A stretch of DNA of 64,000 nt from Bacteroidales bacterium (lineage in GTDB: Bacteria > Bacteroidota > Bacteroidia > Bacteroidales > WCHB1-69). Location: contig JAFSOZ010000011.1 of NCBI GenBank assembly GCA_017443175.1, forward strand, positions 26,921 to 90,920, written 5' to 3'. The position numbers and the translations under genes were made by a program. Below, in pieces: positions 26,387 to 35,416 of the stretch (the stretch's first letter is position 1; each line of letters begins with the position of its first letter). The notes below the pieces were generated by a model. The model saw only the letters and a program-made list of their open reading frames with translations, had not been told where the DNA came from and did not search any database.

Positions 26387-28216
26387 TTACGATTCTGATT
26401 GCGCCGTGTAGAAATGGTAGTATTCGCCCCGTGCCGCCATCAGTTTATCATGGCTTCCACGCTCCACAATGCGACCCTCTTTGAGGAAGATAATCTCGTC
26501 CGCAAAGCGGATTGTGCTCAAACGATGCGCAATGATGATGGCAGTCTTGGTCTTCACCAGCGGCATCAGGGCCTCTTGGAAGGAGTATTCCGACTCGTTG
26601 TCAAGAGCCGACGTGGCCTCGTCCAGAATGAGGACTTCAGGATTTCGCAGGATGGCGCGTGCGATGCTGATACGCTGACGCTGGCCTCCCGACAGACGCG
26701 CGCCCCGGTCGCCGATGACCGTCTGATAGCCGTCCTCCATCTCCGAAATGAACTGGTGTGCCTGCGCAATCTTTGCCGCCGCCACCACCTGCTCCTCGGT
26801 GACATCCTTCATACCGAAGACTATGTTGTTGTAAACCGTGTCGTTAAACAGAATCACATCCTGGTTGACAATACCGAAAAGAGAACGTAAATCACTGATT
26901 CTATACTGGTTGACAGGAATCCCATCCAATAGAAGTTCTCCTTCGGTGATGTCATAGAAACGGGGAAGCAGATCCACCAGCGTAGATTTTCCGCTGCCCG
27001 ACGGGCCTACCACGGCAATCGTCTGCCCACGCCGGATGGTCAAGTCGATATGATGCAAAACCCCGTGCTGTTCCTGACCTTCGCCATAGGCGAATGACAC
27101 ATTCCTATATTCGATGGAATCTTTCAGAGCATCAATGGTTTTGGGTTCTTGACATTCCGTAATCTTTTCATCCGCATCGATAATCTCATAGACACGGGAG
27201 GCGGCTGTCATGCCTTTTTGGAGCGTATAATAGGTTGACACCAACGCCTTTGCAGGAGGTATCACACGGGCAAAGACCACAAAATAGAGCATAAAGACAG
27301 TTCCTTTCATGGTGGCGGAGGAGGGCAGCCAGACCAATGCCGTCAGGGAAATCAGCAGCAGGGCCAGTATGCACAGGAACTCCACCAGTGGCGCGCCCAG
27401 CTCGTTGATGCGAAACACGCGCTTGTTGAGCCTGTAGAACTGGAAGTTCTCATGCTTGAATTTCTCGTAGGCCTGTTTCTCCGCATTATAGCCTTTCACC
27501 ACGCGCAGGCCACCCACAGCTTCCTCAAACAGCGAGCTCATCCGGCCAAGCAGCTGCTGGGATTTCAGCGAATACTTCTTAATGCCACGCCCGATGGCAG
27601 CCAACCCGTAACCCATCAAGGGCAGGATGACCAGTGTAATGAGGGTGAGCGGCACATTAATGGCGAACAGCGTGGCCACAAAGATGATAATCAGAAACGG
27701 GTCGCGACACATCGACTGCAGCGAGGAGAACACCGACCACTCCACTTCCAGCACATCGGCGCCCATGCGGCTGATGATGTCACCCTTGCGCTGTTCAGAA
27801 TAGAACGAAAGGGGCAGAATCAAGATACGCTCGTAAAGGTCGTGACGCAGATCCTGAAGGATGCCGGAGCGGATAGGGGCGAGCCAGAACATGCCCATAT
27901 AGCGGCACAGGTTGGAGAGGAAGGAGAGCAAGATCATCACGCCGGCGATGTAGAACAGCGCGGACATCTGTCCGTAGCGCGTTATGACAACTCCCATGTA
28001 ATAATAGAAGGTATCGATGACATAGCGGGTGGTGAGGGAAAACTCAGGACGTACGGTCACTTGGTCCACCTGCCCGAACAGCACCGAAAGAAACGGAACA
28101 ATCATGGAGAGGGTGAAAATGGAGAAGACGGCATACAGGAGTTGCGCCAGAACTACCAAGAAGATATTGGATTTATAGTTCAGCAGATAGCGTAGCAGTC
28201 GTTTCAACATTTCCAT
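26387..28216 (-). CDS. ABC transporter, fused permease/ATPase (MsbA-like exporter)
   Basis: 609 aa. Six-TM domain followed by Walker A GPSGSGKST, signature LSGGQRQR and Walker B LILDEATSALD. Confidence 0.88.
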   Translation of the reverse strand: MEMLKRLLRYLLNYKSNIFLVVLAQLLYAVFSIFTLSMIVPFLSVLFGQVDQVTVRPEFSLTTRYVIDTFYYYMGVVITRYGQMSALFYIAGVMILLSFLSNLCRYMGMFWLAPIRSGILQDLRHDLYERILILPLSFYSEQRKGDIISRMGADVLEVEWSVFSSLQSMCRDPFLIIIFVATLFAINVPLTLITLVILPLMGYGLAAIGRGIKKYSLKSQQLLGRMSSLFEEAVGGLRVVKGYNAEKQAYEKFKHENFQFYRLNKRVFRINELGAPLVEFLCILALLLISLTALVWLPSSATMKGTVFMLYFVVFARVIPPAKALVSTYYTLQKGMTAASRVYEIIDADEKITECQEPKTIDALKDSIEYRNVSFAYGEGQEQHGVLHHIDLTIRRGQTIAVVGPSGSGKSTLVDLLPRFYDITEGELLLDGIPVNQYRISDLRSLFGIVNQDVILFNDTVYNNIVFGMKDVTEEQVVAAAKIAQAHQFISEMEDGYQTVIGDRGARLSGGQRQRISIARAILRNPEVLILDEATSALDNESEYSFQEALMPLVKTKTAIIIAHRLSTIRFADEIIFLKEGRIVERGSHDKLMAARGEYYHFYTAQSES

Positions 28217-28231
28217 TTCCTAAATTTGCCG

Positions 28232-28239
28232 CAAAAATA
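28232..28239 (-). promoter_or_regulatory. -7 box (TATTTTTG on minus strand)
   Basis: 16 nt upstream of the ABC exporter ATG at 28216. Confidence 0.45.
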
Positions 28240-28249
28240 ATATTTTTTG

Positions 28250-28257
28250 TACTTTTG
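28250..28257 (+). promoter_or_regulatory. -7 box (TACTTTTG)
   Basis: 21 nt upstream of ATG 28278. Divergent from the previous box. Confidence 0.5.
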
Positions 28258-28277
28258 CACGCTCTAAAAAATTGAAC

Positions 28278-29162
28278 ATGGCAAATTATCCCGATACTCT
28301 TGATAAGATTACCAAAGCCCGGCTGCGTCTATCGACATTCGGGTCCATCTTCAGCATAGCACTTACCATGTTTTTCATCGGCACCCTATGCTTTTTCGCT
28401 TTTTTCTCCACACAATACCTCAAGAATCTTTCCCAGAAGATAGAGATGGAGGTTTTGTTCTACTCGGACATCAAGGAGGCGGATATCATAGCTTTGGAGC
28501 AGTCCATCAAACTGAAGCCCTACATTTCGGCTTCCCGGGTGTCGTCCAAAGAGGAGAACACTGAAAATGCGAAGAAAATCATCGGCAGCAATTACACCGA
28601 CATCATTCCCAATCCGCTCAACGCTTCCATCATCATCAGTGTCGCTCCGGCATACGCCAACACCGACTCGCTGGCCAAGATTTCCAGAGAACTGAAAAAA
28701 AATGAGATTGTGCAGGATGTGGATTATCCTGATTATATCGTGAAAACCGTGAGCAACAACTTCCGCAAGATCCAGTGGATCATCCTCGGTGTGTGCGCAG
28801 TTTTCGTGCTCATCTCCATGTTGTTGATCGCCAACTGCATCCGGTTGAACATTTATGCAAAGCGGTTCAACATCAAGAGCATGCTGTTGGTGGGTGCCAC
28901 ACCCAAATTCGTGCGCGCGCCGTTCGTAGCCAAAGGTTTCGTGCAGGGCATCTGGGGCGGCATCATCGCCATCCTGCTGCTCGCCACCATGCTCTATTTC
29001 GGCAACCAGCACATGCCCGAGTTCATCGACTTCTCCCAAATGCTGTACATCGCCATCATCCTGGGTGGCGTCCTGATTTTCAGCATCCTCTTCACCATGC
29101 TCATTTCATCATTTTCTGTGAGAAGATACGTGAGGATTAAAGACGAAAGGCTATACCTTTAG
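28278..29162 (+). CDS. ftsX: cell-division protein FtsX-like permease
   Basis: N-terminal TM helix, periplasmic domain, and three C-terminal TM helices (FtsX fold). It keeps the conserved gene order with DUF3098-uppP-truB. The tracked start is TTG 28272 and the ATG is at 28278. Confidence 0.75.
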   Translation: MANYPDTLDKITKARLRLSTFGSIFSIALTMFFIGTLCFFAFFSTQYLKNLSQKIEMEVLFYSDIKEADIIALEQSIKLKPYISASRVSSKEENTENAKKIIGSNYTDIIPNPLNASIIISVAPAYANTDSLAKISRELKKNEIVQDVDYPDYIVKTVSNNFRKIQWIILGVCAVFVLISMLLIANCIRLNIYAKRFNIKSMLLVGATPKFVRAPFVAKGFVQGIWGGIIAILLLATMLYFGNQHMPEFIDFSQMLYIAIILGGVLIFSILFTMLISSFSVRRYVRIKDERLYL

Positions 29163-29299
29163 AAGTTCAAAGTTCAAAGTTCAAAATCCACTTTTACCCC
29201 CTTTACCTCCTTCACCAACTTCACCAACTTCACCAACCTTACAAACCTTCTAACTTTACAAACTTTACAAACTTTAAAAAACCTTACAAACTACACTAT
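29163..29299 (+). repeat. intergenic micro-repeat array: AAGTTCA x3, then about 11 degenerate 9-mers (CTTCACCAA / CTTTACAAA / CCTTACAAA) in a G-free tract
   Basis: Read directly. The heptamers span 29163-29183 and the 9-mer units span 29191-29290. There is no G on the plus strand from 29180 to 29301 (122 nt). Confidence 0.85.
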
Positions 29300-29590
29300 A
29301 TGGCAAACATAAACAAGAAAGGAAACAATTCCAAGAGCAACCGCGCTCCATTGTTCAGAACAATGAATTATGTCCTCATGGGCGTCGGCCTTGTGCTGCT
29401 GATTGCGGGATATCTTGCTCTGCGCGGTGGCGCGGTGGAGGATCCCAACATCTTTGACGGCGAGATCTTCAACAACACCCGCATCGTGGTAGCTCCTGTC
29501 CTGATGTTCCTGGGATTGGCCACGGAGATTGTCGCCATCATGTGGCATCCCCGAGCAAAAAAACAGGTTGAGGACGACAAAACCGAGTAA
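29300..29590 (+). CDS. DUF3098-type small membrane protein
   Basis: 96 aa with two TM helices, in the position conserved between ftsX and uppP in Bacteroidetes (from memory). Confidence 0.6.
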   Translation: MANINKKGNNSKSNRAPLFRTMNYVLMGVGLVLLIAGYLALRGGAVEDPNIFDGEIFNNTRIVVAPVLMFLGLATEIVAIMWHPRAKKQVEDDKTE

Positions 29591-29592
29591 GC

Positions 29593-30417
29593 ATGGAATG
29601 GCTTAAAGCACTCATCCTGGGTATTGTGCAAGGGCTGACGGAGTTTTTGCCTGTCAGCAGCAGCGGACACCTCACCATACTCTCCAATCTGTTCGGACTT
29701 GATGGCGAAAGCAATCTGACCATGATCGTGGTCCTGCATGTGGCCACGGTCTTGAGTACTCTGCTTGTCCTTTGGAAAGAGGTCGTCTGGATTTTCAAGG
29801 ATATTTTCACCAAACAGTCTTGGAAAAGCTACAGTGGACTGAACGAAGGCACGAAATACGCCATCAACATTCTCATTTCCATGATACCCGTAGCCATCGT
29901 AGGTTTCTTTTTCAAAGATAAAGTGGAAGAGATTTTCGGTTCAGGTCTGCTCATCGTGGGTATCATGCTGTTAGTCACGGCCCTGTTGCTCACCTTCTCT
30001 TACTTTGCCAAACCTCGCCAACACGCGCACATATCAGGCTGGCATGCCTTCATCATTGGCATCGGCCAGGCAGTGGCTGTCATGCCCGGACTCTCGCGCT
30101 CGGGAACTACCATCGCCACCGGACTCCTGTTGGGAGACAGGAAAGATAAGCTTGCCCAGTTCTCCTTCCTGATGGTAATCCCCCCTGTGCTGGGTGAGGC
30201 TCTGTTAGATACAATTGACATCTGCCAATCGGGCTTCGGAGCAGCCATGAACGGCATCTCCGCCGGAGCCCTTATCGTAGGTTTTCTCGCGGCCTTCATC
30301 ACCGGATGTCTGGCCTGCAAATGGATGATCAACATCGTGAAAAAAGGCAAGCTCATCTGGTTTGCCGTCTATTGCGCCATCGTAGGCATCCTGTCTATCT
30401 GTTTCAGCTTATGCTAA
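29593..30417 (+). CDS. uppP: undecaprenyl-diphosphate phosphatase
   Basis: [18 protein letters not shown] and [10 protein letters not shown] motifs of BacA/UppP, 274 aa. Confidence 0.92.
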   Translation: MEWLKALILGIVQGLTEFLPVSSSGHLTILSNLFGLDGESNLTMIVVLHVATVLSTLLVLWKEVVWIFKDIFTKQSWKSYSGLNEGTKYAINILISMIPVAIVGFFFKDKVEEIFGSGLLIVGIMLLVTALLLTFSYFAKPRQHAHISGWHAFIIGIGQAVAVMPGLSRSGTTIATGLLLGDRKDKLAQFSFLMVIPPVLGEALLDTIDICQSGFGAAMNGISAGALIVGFLAAFITGCLACKWMINIVKKGKLIWFAVYCAIVGILSICFSLC

Positions 30418-31118
30418 AGAAATATATCCGCTCCACCACTTTTTCCTTGCCCGAACTTGACGTCAACCCCGATGCGGATTTGTTATTGTTCGACAAGCCA
30501 TACAGTTGCACGTCGTTTGACATTGTGGGCAAAGTGCGTCATCAAGTGCAGAAGAAAGCCGGGCGGCGGATAAAGGTGGGCCATGCGGGCACGCTGGATC
30601 CGTTGGCCACGGGACTGCTCATCATCTGCATCGGCAAGATGACCAAGCAGATAGACTCTATACAGGCGCAAGCGAAGGAATATACGGGCACGTTCATGAT
30701 GGGCAGCACGACGCCCAGTTTCGACATGGAGCACCCCATCGACCGTGAATTTCCGTATGCGCACATCACCCGTGAAATGGCCGAGGAGGCTGCCCGCTCC
30801 TTCATCGGGGACATCCAGCAGGTTCCGCCACTCTTCTCCGCCGTGAAATTCAGCGGCAAACGGGCATACGAGCTGGCCCGCGAAGGAGAGGAGGCCGCAT
30901 TGGCCGCCAAGAGCATCACCATCTACGATTTCCAGCTACCCCGGTTCGAGCTGCCGGAGATCGACTTCCGCATACGATGCTCCAAGGGCACCTACATCCG
31001 TGCCATCGCCCGCGATTTCGGGCAGACATTGGAGAGTGGCGCGCATCTCTCCGCGCTCCGGCGCACGCGCATCGGCGACTACCGCGTGGAAGACGCCATC
31101 AAGCCTGTCATCCAATAA
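30411..31118 (+). CDS. truB: tRNA pseudouridine(55) synthase
   Basis: [16 protein letters not shown]...[16 protein letters not shown] catalytic Asp motif. ATG 30411 overlaps the uppP end by 7 nt. Confidence 0.9.
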   Translation: MLKKYIRSTTFSLPELDVNPDADLLLFDKPYSCTSFDIVGKVRHQVQKKAGRRIKVGHAGTLDPLATGLLIICIGKMTKQIDSIQAQAKEYTGTFMMGSTTPSFDMEHPIDREFPYAHITREMAEEAARSFIGDIQQVPPLFSAVKFSGKRAYELAREGEEAALAAKSITIYDFQLPRFELPEIDFRIRCSKGTYIRAIARDFGQTLESGAHLSALRRTRIGDYRVEDAIKPVIQ

Positions 31119-31204
31119 AAGAATCCATCACCCCCATCCCTGTTGCTGTTTTGACTCTTTGCTTTATTTAAGACCCGCATTACGACGAGTGCCTTGATTT
31201 TTTG

Positions 31205-31212
31205 TATTTTTG
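31205..31212 (+). promoter_or_regulatory. -7 box (TATTTTTG)
   Basis: 88 nt upstream of ATG 31300. Confidence 0.4.
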
Positions 31213-31299
31213 CCGTTTTGAAACAAAAGGGGCATAATCCTTTTGCATCCACATAATAAAAAGGACTTTTTTTAGTTAACCATTAGACTGATTCAGAAC

Positions 31300-31869
31300 A
31301 TGGACAAACCGATACAAAACAAGTTATGGTTCCACCTGGTGATAGCGGCTTCGTTATCAATGGTGTTGTTGTTTATAATCCTTTTCACCTTGCGCGTCTT
31401 CACTCGTCATGGCAAGGAGATCGAGATGCCTGACTACATCGGGCAAAACGCCAGCGAGCTGACCCAAATGGGCAGATCCGAGGGGTTTATCTTTGTAGTG
31501 GACAAAGAAGTGTACAAAGAGGGCACTACCCCGGGCACCGTACTCTCCCAGGATCCTATGCCGCACGAAAAGGTAAAAAGAGGTCGTAAGGTCTATCTCA
31601 CCGTATCTGCCAAAACACCACCGATAATCAAGATGCCGGCCCTGCAAGACCTCTCTCTGCGCCAAGCCCAGATCATGTTGGAGGCCCAAGGACTTGTGTT
31701 GGATCGTATCATTGAGAAAACCAGCCCGTACGAGAACGTGGTGTTGGATGTCTTGTATCGCGGTCACCATATCGCATCGGGATCCGACATTCAAATGGGC
31801 GAGAAAATCACCCTGGTTGTAGGCAAGTCCATCGGCGGCCTGCCCGACAGCCTGGCAACAGTTGACTAA
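31300..31869 (+). CDS. PASTA-domain membrane protein
   Basis: N-terminal TM helix followed by two PASTA-like repeats (MPDYIGQNASEL..., MPALQDLSLRQAQIMLEAQGL). Confidence 0.7.
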   Translation: MDKPIQNKLWFHLVIAASLSMVLLFIILFTLRVFTRHGKEIEMPDYIGQNASELTQMGRSEGFIFVVDKEVYKEGTTPGTVLSQDPMPHEKVKRGRKVYLTVSAKTPPIIKMPALQDLSLRQAQIMLEAQGLVLDRIIEKTSPYENVVLDVLYRGHHIASGSDIQMGEKITLVVGKSIGGLPDSLATVD

Positions 31870-31887
31870 ACGAATATCGACAAAAAC

Positions 31888-34026
31888 ATGAAATTCACCC
31901 GAAACTTATTGACTTGTCTGTTAAGCCTTTCCCTCCTGACACCCGTGACCATGCAGGCGCAGGAGATCCTGACCGGCATTACCCAAAACAGCCAGATAGT
32001 CAAAGCGTATAAGCAGAATGCCCCGAAAGGCAATCGCAACATCAGCATCAAGCTGCCCTTTGTGGAAGATTTTTCCAACTATACCGGATACCCGAGCAGC
32101 AGCCACTGGCAGGACAGGAAGTGTTTCGTCAACAACACGTACGCCATCCGCCCGCCTTCCATCGGTGTGGTCACCTTTGACGCACTTGACGAGAACGGGC
32201 GCATATACGCGCACGCCGACCGCAGTGCATTTCCCGCCGACACGCTCACTTCCGTATGCATCCGTCTGGACAGCAACTTCACCCAGAACCGTCCCATGAG
32301 GCTCAGCGACGACATCTATTTCAGTTTCTTCTATCAACCTGGCGGCGGATGCTCCAGCACTCCGCCTGTAGGCTGGGAACGCATAGGCGATGCGCCGGAG
32401 AGCGATGATGAACTGATTTTAGAATTCGGCTACGCCACCGGAAACATGGTCTTTACAGGATTCCTTTACGGCGAATACACGATTGGCGAAGGCGAATACT
32501 ACGTGGCCGGCGACTCGATGGAAAACCCCTTCATACCAGGCACTTACTACATCTTTGAAAGCAATGCTTTCGCGGGACAGACCATCACGATACCCTATGA
32601 TTCCATCTTCGGCCCTGAATATGTCTGGAATGAGGTGTGGTCTTCCCAAGGATGCTCGCTTGACTCCTGGCTGGCAGAAAATCCGCTGGACTATTTCAAA
32701 CAAGTGCTGATTCCGATTACGGATGAACAGTATCTGCGCGACAACTTCCAGTTCCGCTTCCGCAACTACGCGAGTCTGGACCTTGACTCCTGGAGCGGCA
32801 ACAACATTGTGGGATGGGCCAGCAACTGCGACCAGTGGAATGTGGACTACATCCGCATGGACATCAACCGCAATGCCGAGGACTATTATCCCAGTGACGT
32901 CGCATTTGTCAGTCCTACCACCTCTGCACTGGCGCAATACCAGTCCATGCCGTGGCACCAGTACCAGGCTTCCGATATGGCGGCAAACTTCCACAATCAG
33001 CTGAGCAACCTTTCCGATGAAACACGTAACGTGGGCTACCAATACAAAGTGGTGAAGGAAAATGCAGGCACCATCTATCAGTCCACCATCAACTACATGA
33101 ACGCCACGCCCTACTATGACAGCGGCTTGCACACCTACGCGCCTCACGCGCAGCCTGCCATCGACTTCGCTTACACGTACGACGGAGCGGACAGCGCCAC
33201 TTTTTTCATCACGCATGTTTTCAAGATGGAAGGCAGCAGCGATGAGAACCGCCTCAACGACACCTGTCGCTTCGAGCAGAAATTCCACAACTACTATGCA
33301 TACGACGACGGGACCGCCGAAGCGGGCTACAGCCTGCTCTCCACCATGAGCACGCCGGAGTCCTATCTGGCCGTACAGTTCACACTGGCGCACCCCGACA
33401 CCCTGCGTTGCGTGCGTATGTGGTTCAACAGCACGCTGAACGACGAGAATTTCGGTCCCTTCACCCTGATGGTGTGGGACGACGACAACGGCAGACCGGG
33501 GAATGTCATCTACTCACTTCCAGCCCAAACACCCTACCACGCCGCCGATTTCCTTGACTTTTCCAACTACTACCCCGAGGAACCCGTGCCTGTGGAAGGC
33601 ACTTTCTACGTCGGCTTCGACCAGAATCACAACATCCAACTCAACATCGGCTTCGACCAGAACAACGATGCCCGCGAGCATTTCTTCTACAAGATTGCGG
33701 ACAGTTGGAACGAATCCTACTACAAGGGTGCACCGATGATACGTGCCGTGGTGGGCAAAGCATACGACCATTCCGGCATTGCAGGCCACAACAAGAAAAA
33801 GATGTCCCTGTATCCTAACCCGACAACGGGGATGGTCTATATCAGGGATCTTGACGAAACCGCGGGGATGCACTATCAGCTGACCGACCTGTACGGCCGT
33901 ACCATTGAGATGTCCTCTTTCGAGCAGAACGGCATAGACCTCAGCGGAAAGACTCCCGGAGTCTATTTCATCCGTATTTTCAAAGACAACAAACTGATTA
34001 CCACTGAAAAAATAATAAAACACTAG
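31888..34026 (+). CDS. secreted protein with a T9SS C-terminal sorting domain
   Basis: Signal peptide and a large uncharacterised body. The C-terminus MSLYPNPTTGMVYIRDL...GVYFIRIFKDNKLITTEKIIKH fits the type A Por secretion tail. Confidence 0.7.
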   Translation: MKFTRNLLTCLLSLSLLTPVTMQAQEILTGITQNSQIVKAYKQNAPKGNRNISIKLPFVEDFSNYTGYPSSSHWQDRKCFVNNTYAIRPPSIGVVTFDALDENGRIYAHADRSAFPADTLTSVCIRLDSNFTQNRPMRLSDDIYFSFFYQPGGGCSSTPPVGWERIGDAPESDDELILEFGYATGNMVFTGFLYGEYTIGEGEYYVAGDSMENPFIPGTYYIFESNAFAGQTITIPYDSIFGPEYVWNEVWSSQGCSLDSWLAENPLDYFKQVLIPITDEQYLRDNFQFRFRNYASLDLDSWSGNNIVGWASNCDQWNVDYIRMDINRNAEDYYPSDVAFVSPTTSALAQYQSMPWHQYQASDMAANFHNQLSNLSDETRNVGYQYKVVKENAGTIYQSTINYMNATPYYDSGLHTYAPHAQPAIDFAYTYDGADSATFFITHVFKMEGSSDENRLNDTCRFEQKFHNYYAYDDGTAEAGYSLLSTMSTPESYLAVQFTLAHPDTLRCVRMWFNSTLNDENFGPFTLMVWDDDNGRPGNVIYSLPAQTPYHAADFLDFSNYYPEEPVPVEGTFYVGFDQNHNIQLNIGFDQNNDAREHFFYKIADSWNESYYKGAPMIRAVVGKAYDHSGIAGHNKKKMSLYPNPTTGMVYIRDLDETAGMHYQLTDLYGRTIEMSSFEQNGIDLSGKTPGVYFIRIFKDNKLITTEKIIKH

Positions 34027-34028
34027 AT

Positions 34029-34865
34029 ATGAACCTTAACCTAACCAGACCTCTTGTTTTCTTCGATTTGGAAACCACCGGCTTGAATGTCGGGAAAGAT
34101 AAAATTGTGGAAATCTCCTTCATCAAAGTCATGCCTGACGGCGAGGAGATCCACCGTACCGAGTTGATCAACCCAGGCGTGCACATTCCGGAGGAATGCT
34201 CTGCTATCCATGGCATTACAGACAATGATGTGAAAGACAAGCCCACTTTCGCGGAGATGGCTGACGATCTCCTGCAGTTCATTGGCGATGCGGACCTGGC
34301 GGGCTTCAACTCCAACAAGTTCGACGTCCCCTTGTTGGTAGAAGAATTTCTGCGCTGTGGCAAGCATTTCGACCTGCGCAACCGCTATCTGGTGGATGTG
34401 CAAAACATTTTCCACAAAATGGAGCCTCGGAATCTGACGGCAGCCTACAAGTTCTACTGCCATGCCAATTTGGAGGACGCACATCAGGCCAGTGCAGACA
34501 CGCAGGCCACCTACGAGGTCTTCAAGGCCCAGCTGGAGAAGTACAAGGACGTGCCTTACACCGACCCGCGCACCAAGGCGACCAGCATCCCAATTAATGG
34601 GGATGTGAAGGCCCTTAGCGCGTTCACGCGAGAACATCACACCGTGGACCTTGCCGGCCATATCGTGCTGGACAAAAACCAGAATGCGGTCTTCAATTTC
34701 GGCAAGCACAAAGGCGTGCCTGTTTCTACTGTATTCATCAAAGAACCAGCTTATTACGACTGGATGATGAAAGCAGATTTTCCATTATATACCAAAGAAA
34801 TCATCACGCAGATTTACAAAGAAGTGAAGCTGGAAAAGAAGTTTTCAAACCCATCACTTTTTTAG
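34029..34865 (+). CDS. DEDDh 3'-5' exonuclease (DnaQ/epsilon-like domain)
   Basis: VFFDLETTGL (Exo I), GFNSNKFDVPLL (Exo II) and HQASADTQATYEV (Exo III, H-x4-D). Confidence 0.85.
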   Translation: MNLNLTRPLVFFDLETTGLNVGKDKIVEISFIKVMPDGEEIHRTELINPGVHIPEECSAIHGITDNDVKDKPTFAEMADDLLQFIGDADLAGFNSNKFDVPLLVEEFLRCGKHFDLRNRYLVDVQNIFHKMEPRNLTAAYKFYCHANLEDAHQASADTQATYEVFKAQLEKYKDVPYTDPRTKATSIPINGDVKALSAFTREHHTVDLAGHIVLDKNQNAVFNFGKHKGVPVSTVFIKEPAYYDWMMKADFPLYTKEIITQIYKEVKLEKKFSNPSLF

Positions 34866-34906
34866 GGGATACACAGACGTTTTGTATTAGAAATATTATT
34901 ACATTT

Positions 34907-34935
34907 GCCACCGCTTTAGAAACGGTGGCTTTTTT
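34907..34935 (+). terminator. intrinsic terminator after the exonuclease gene
   Basis: gccaccg (34907-34913) / cggtggc (34923-34929) followed by T6. Confidence 0.75.
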
Positions 34936-35003
34936 ATGCCCATTTTTTAAAAAATTAAATTTAAAATCATATAATTCAACAACTTACAAAAAATACTAAT
35001 TGT

Positions 35004-35402
35004 ATGGAAAAAATTAAATCATTGGCTGATCTCAAGAAAAAAAGAGAAGAGCTGCAATCCAAAATCGAGTTGCGCGAAGAAGGCGACAACGTAGAGAACC
35101 TGGTTCAAATTAAGGTTGCTATGGCCACCTGCGGTATTGCATCCGGTGCAAAACAGACGATGGAAGCCATCATTGACGAGTGCAAGAAGCAGAACGTCAA
35201 GGCTGTCGTTTCCCAGACCGGCTGCATGGGCTACTGCTATGCCGAGCCGACCGTGGAAGTGAAAAAACCGGGCGAGGACCCCATCGTATTCGGTCACGTT
35301 GACACCAAGAAGGGTCAGGAACTGGTGACGAAATACATCATAGGTGGTGAAATCCTCGAAGGCGTAATTCCAGTCAACTACGAAAAAATCGATAACAAAT
35401 AA
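35004..35402 (+). CDS. hndB: thioredoxin-like [2Fe-2S] ferredoxin, HndB-like hydrogenase subunit
   Basis: 132 aa. Cys residues in AMATCGIASG and TGCMGYCYAEP, as in thioredoxin-like ferredoxins. First gene of the hydrogenase operon. Confidence 0.6.
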   Translation: MEKIKSLADLKKKREELQSKIELREEGDNVENLVQIKVAMATCGIASGAKQTMEAIIDECKKQNVKAVVSQTGCMGYCYAEPTVEVKKPGEDPIVFGHVDTKKGQELVTKYIIGGEILEGVIPVNYEKIDNK

Positions 35403-35416
35403 CAAGGAGGTCTCCA

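Noticed and set aside
29163-29299. Repeat array considered as a CRISPR-like or minisatellite locus
   Set aside because: The units are 7-9 nt and contiguous, with no unique spacers and no cas genes nearby. It is reported instead as a G-free micro-repeat leader.
34900-34907. TACATTTG match to the -7 consensus upstream of the hydrogenase operon
   Set aside because: It abuts the left arm of the exonuclease-gene terminator and lies about 97 nt from the hndB ATG. It may be a real promoter, but it cannot be separated from a chance match. About 30 chance matches to the 6 fixed bases are expected in 64 kb on both strands.
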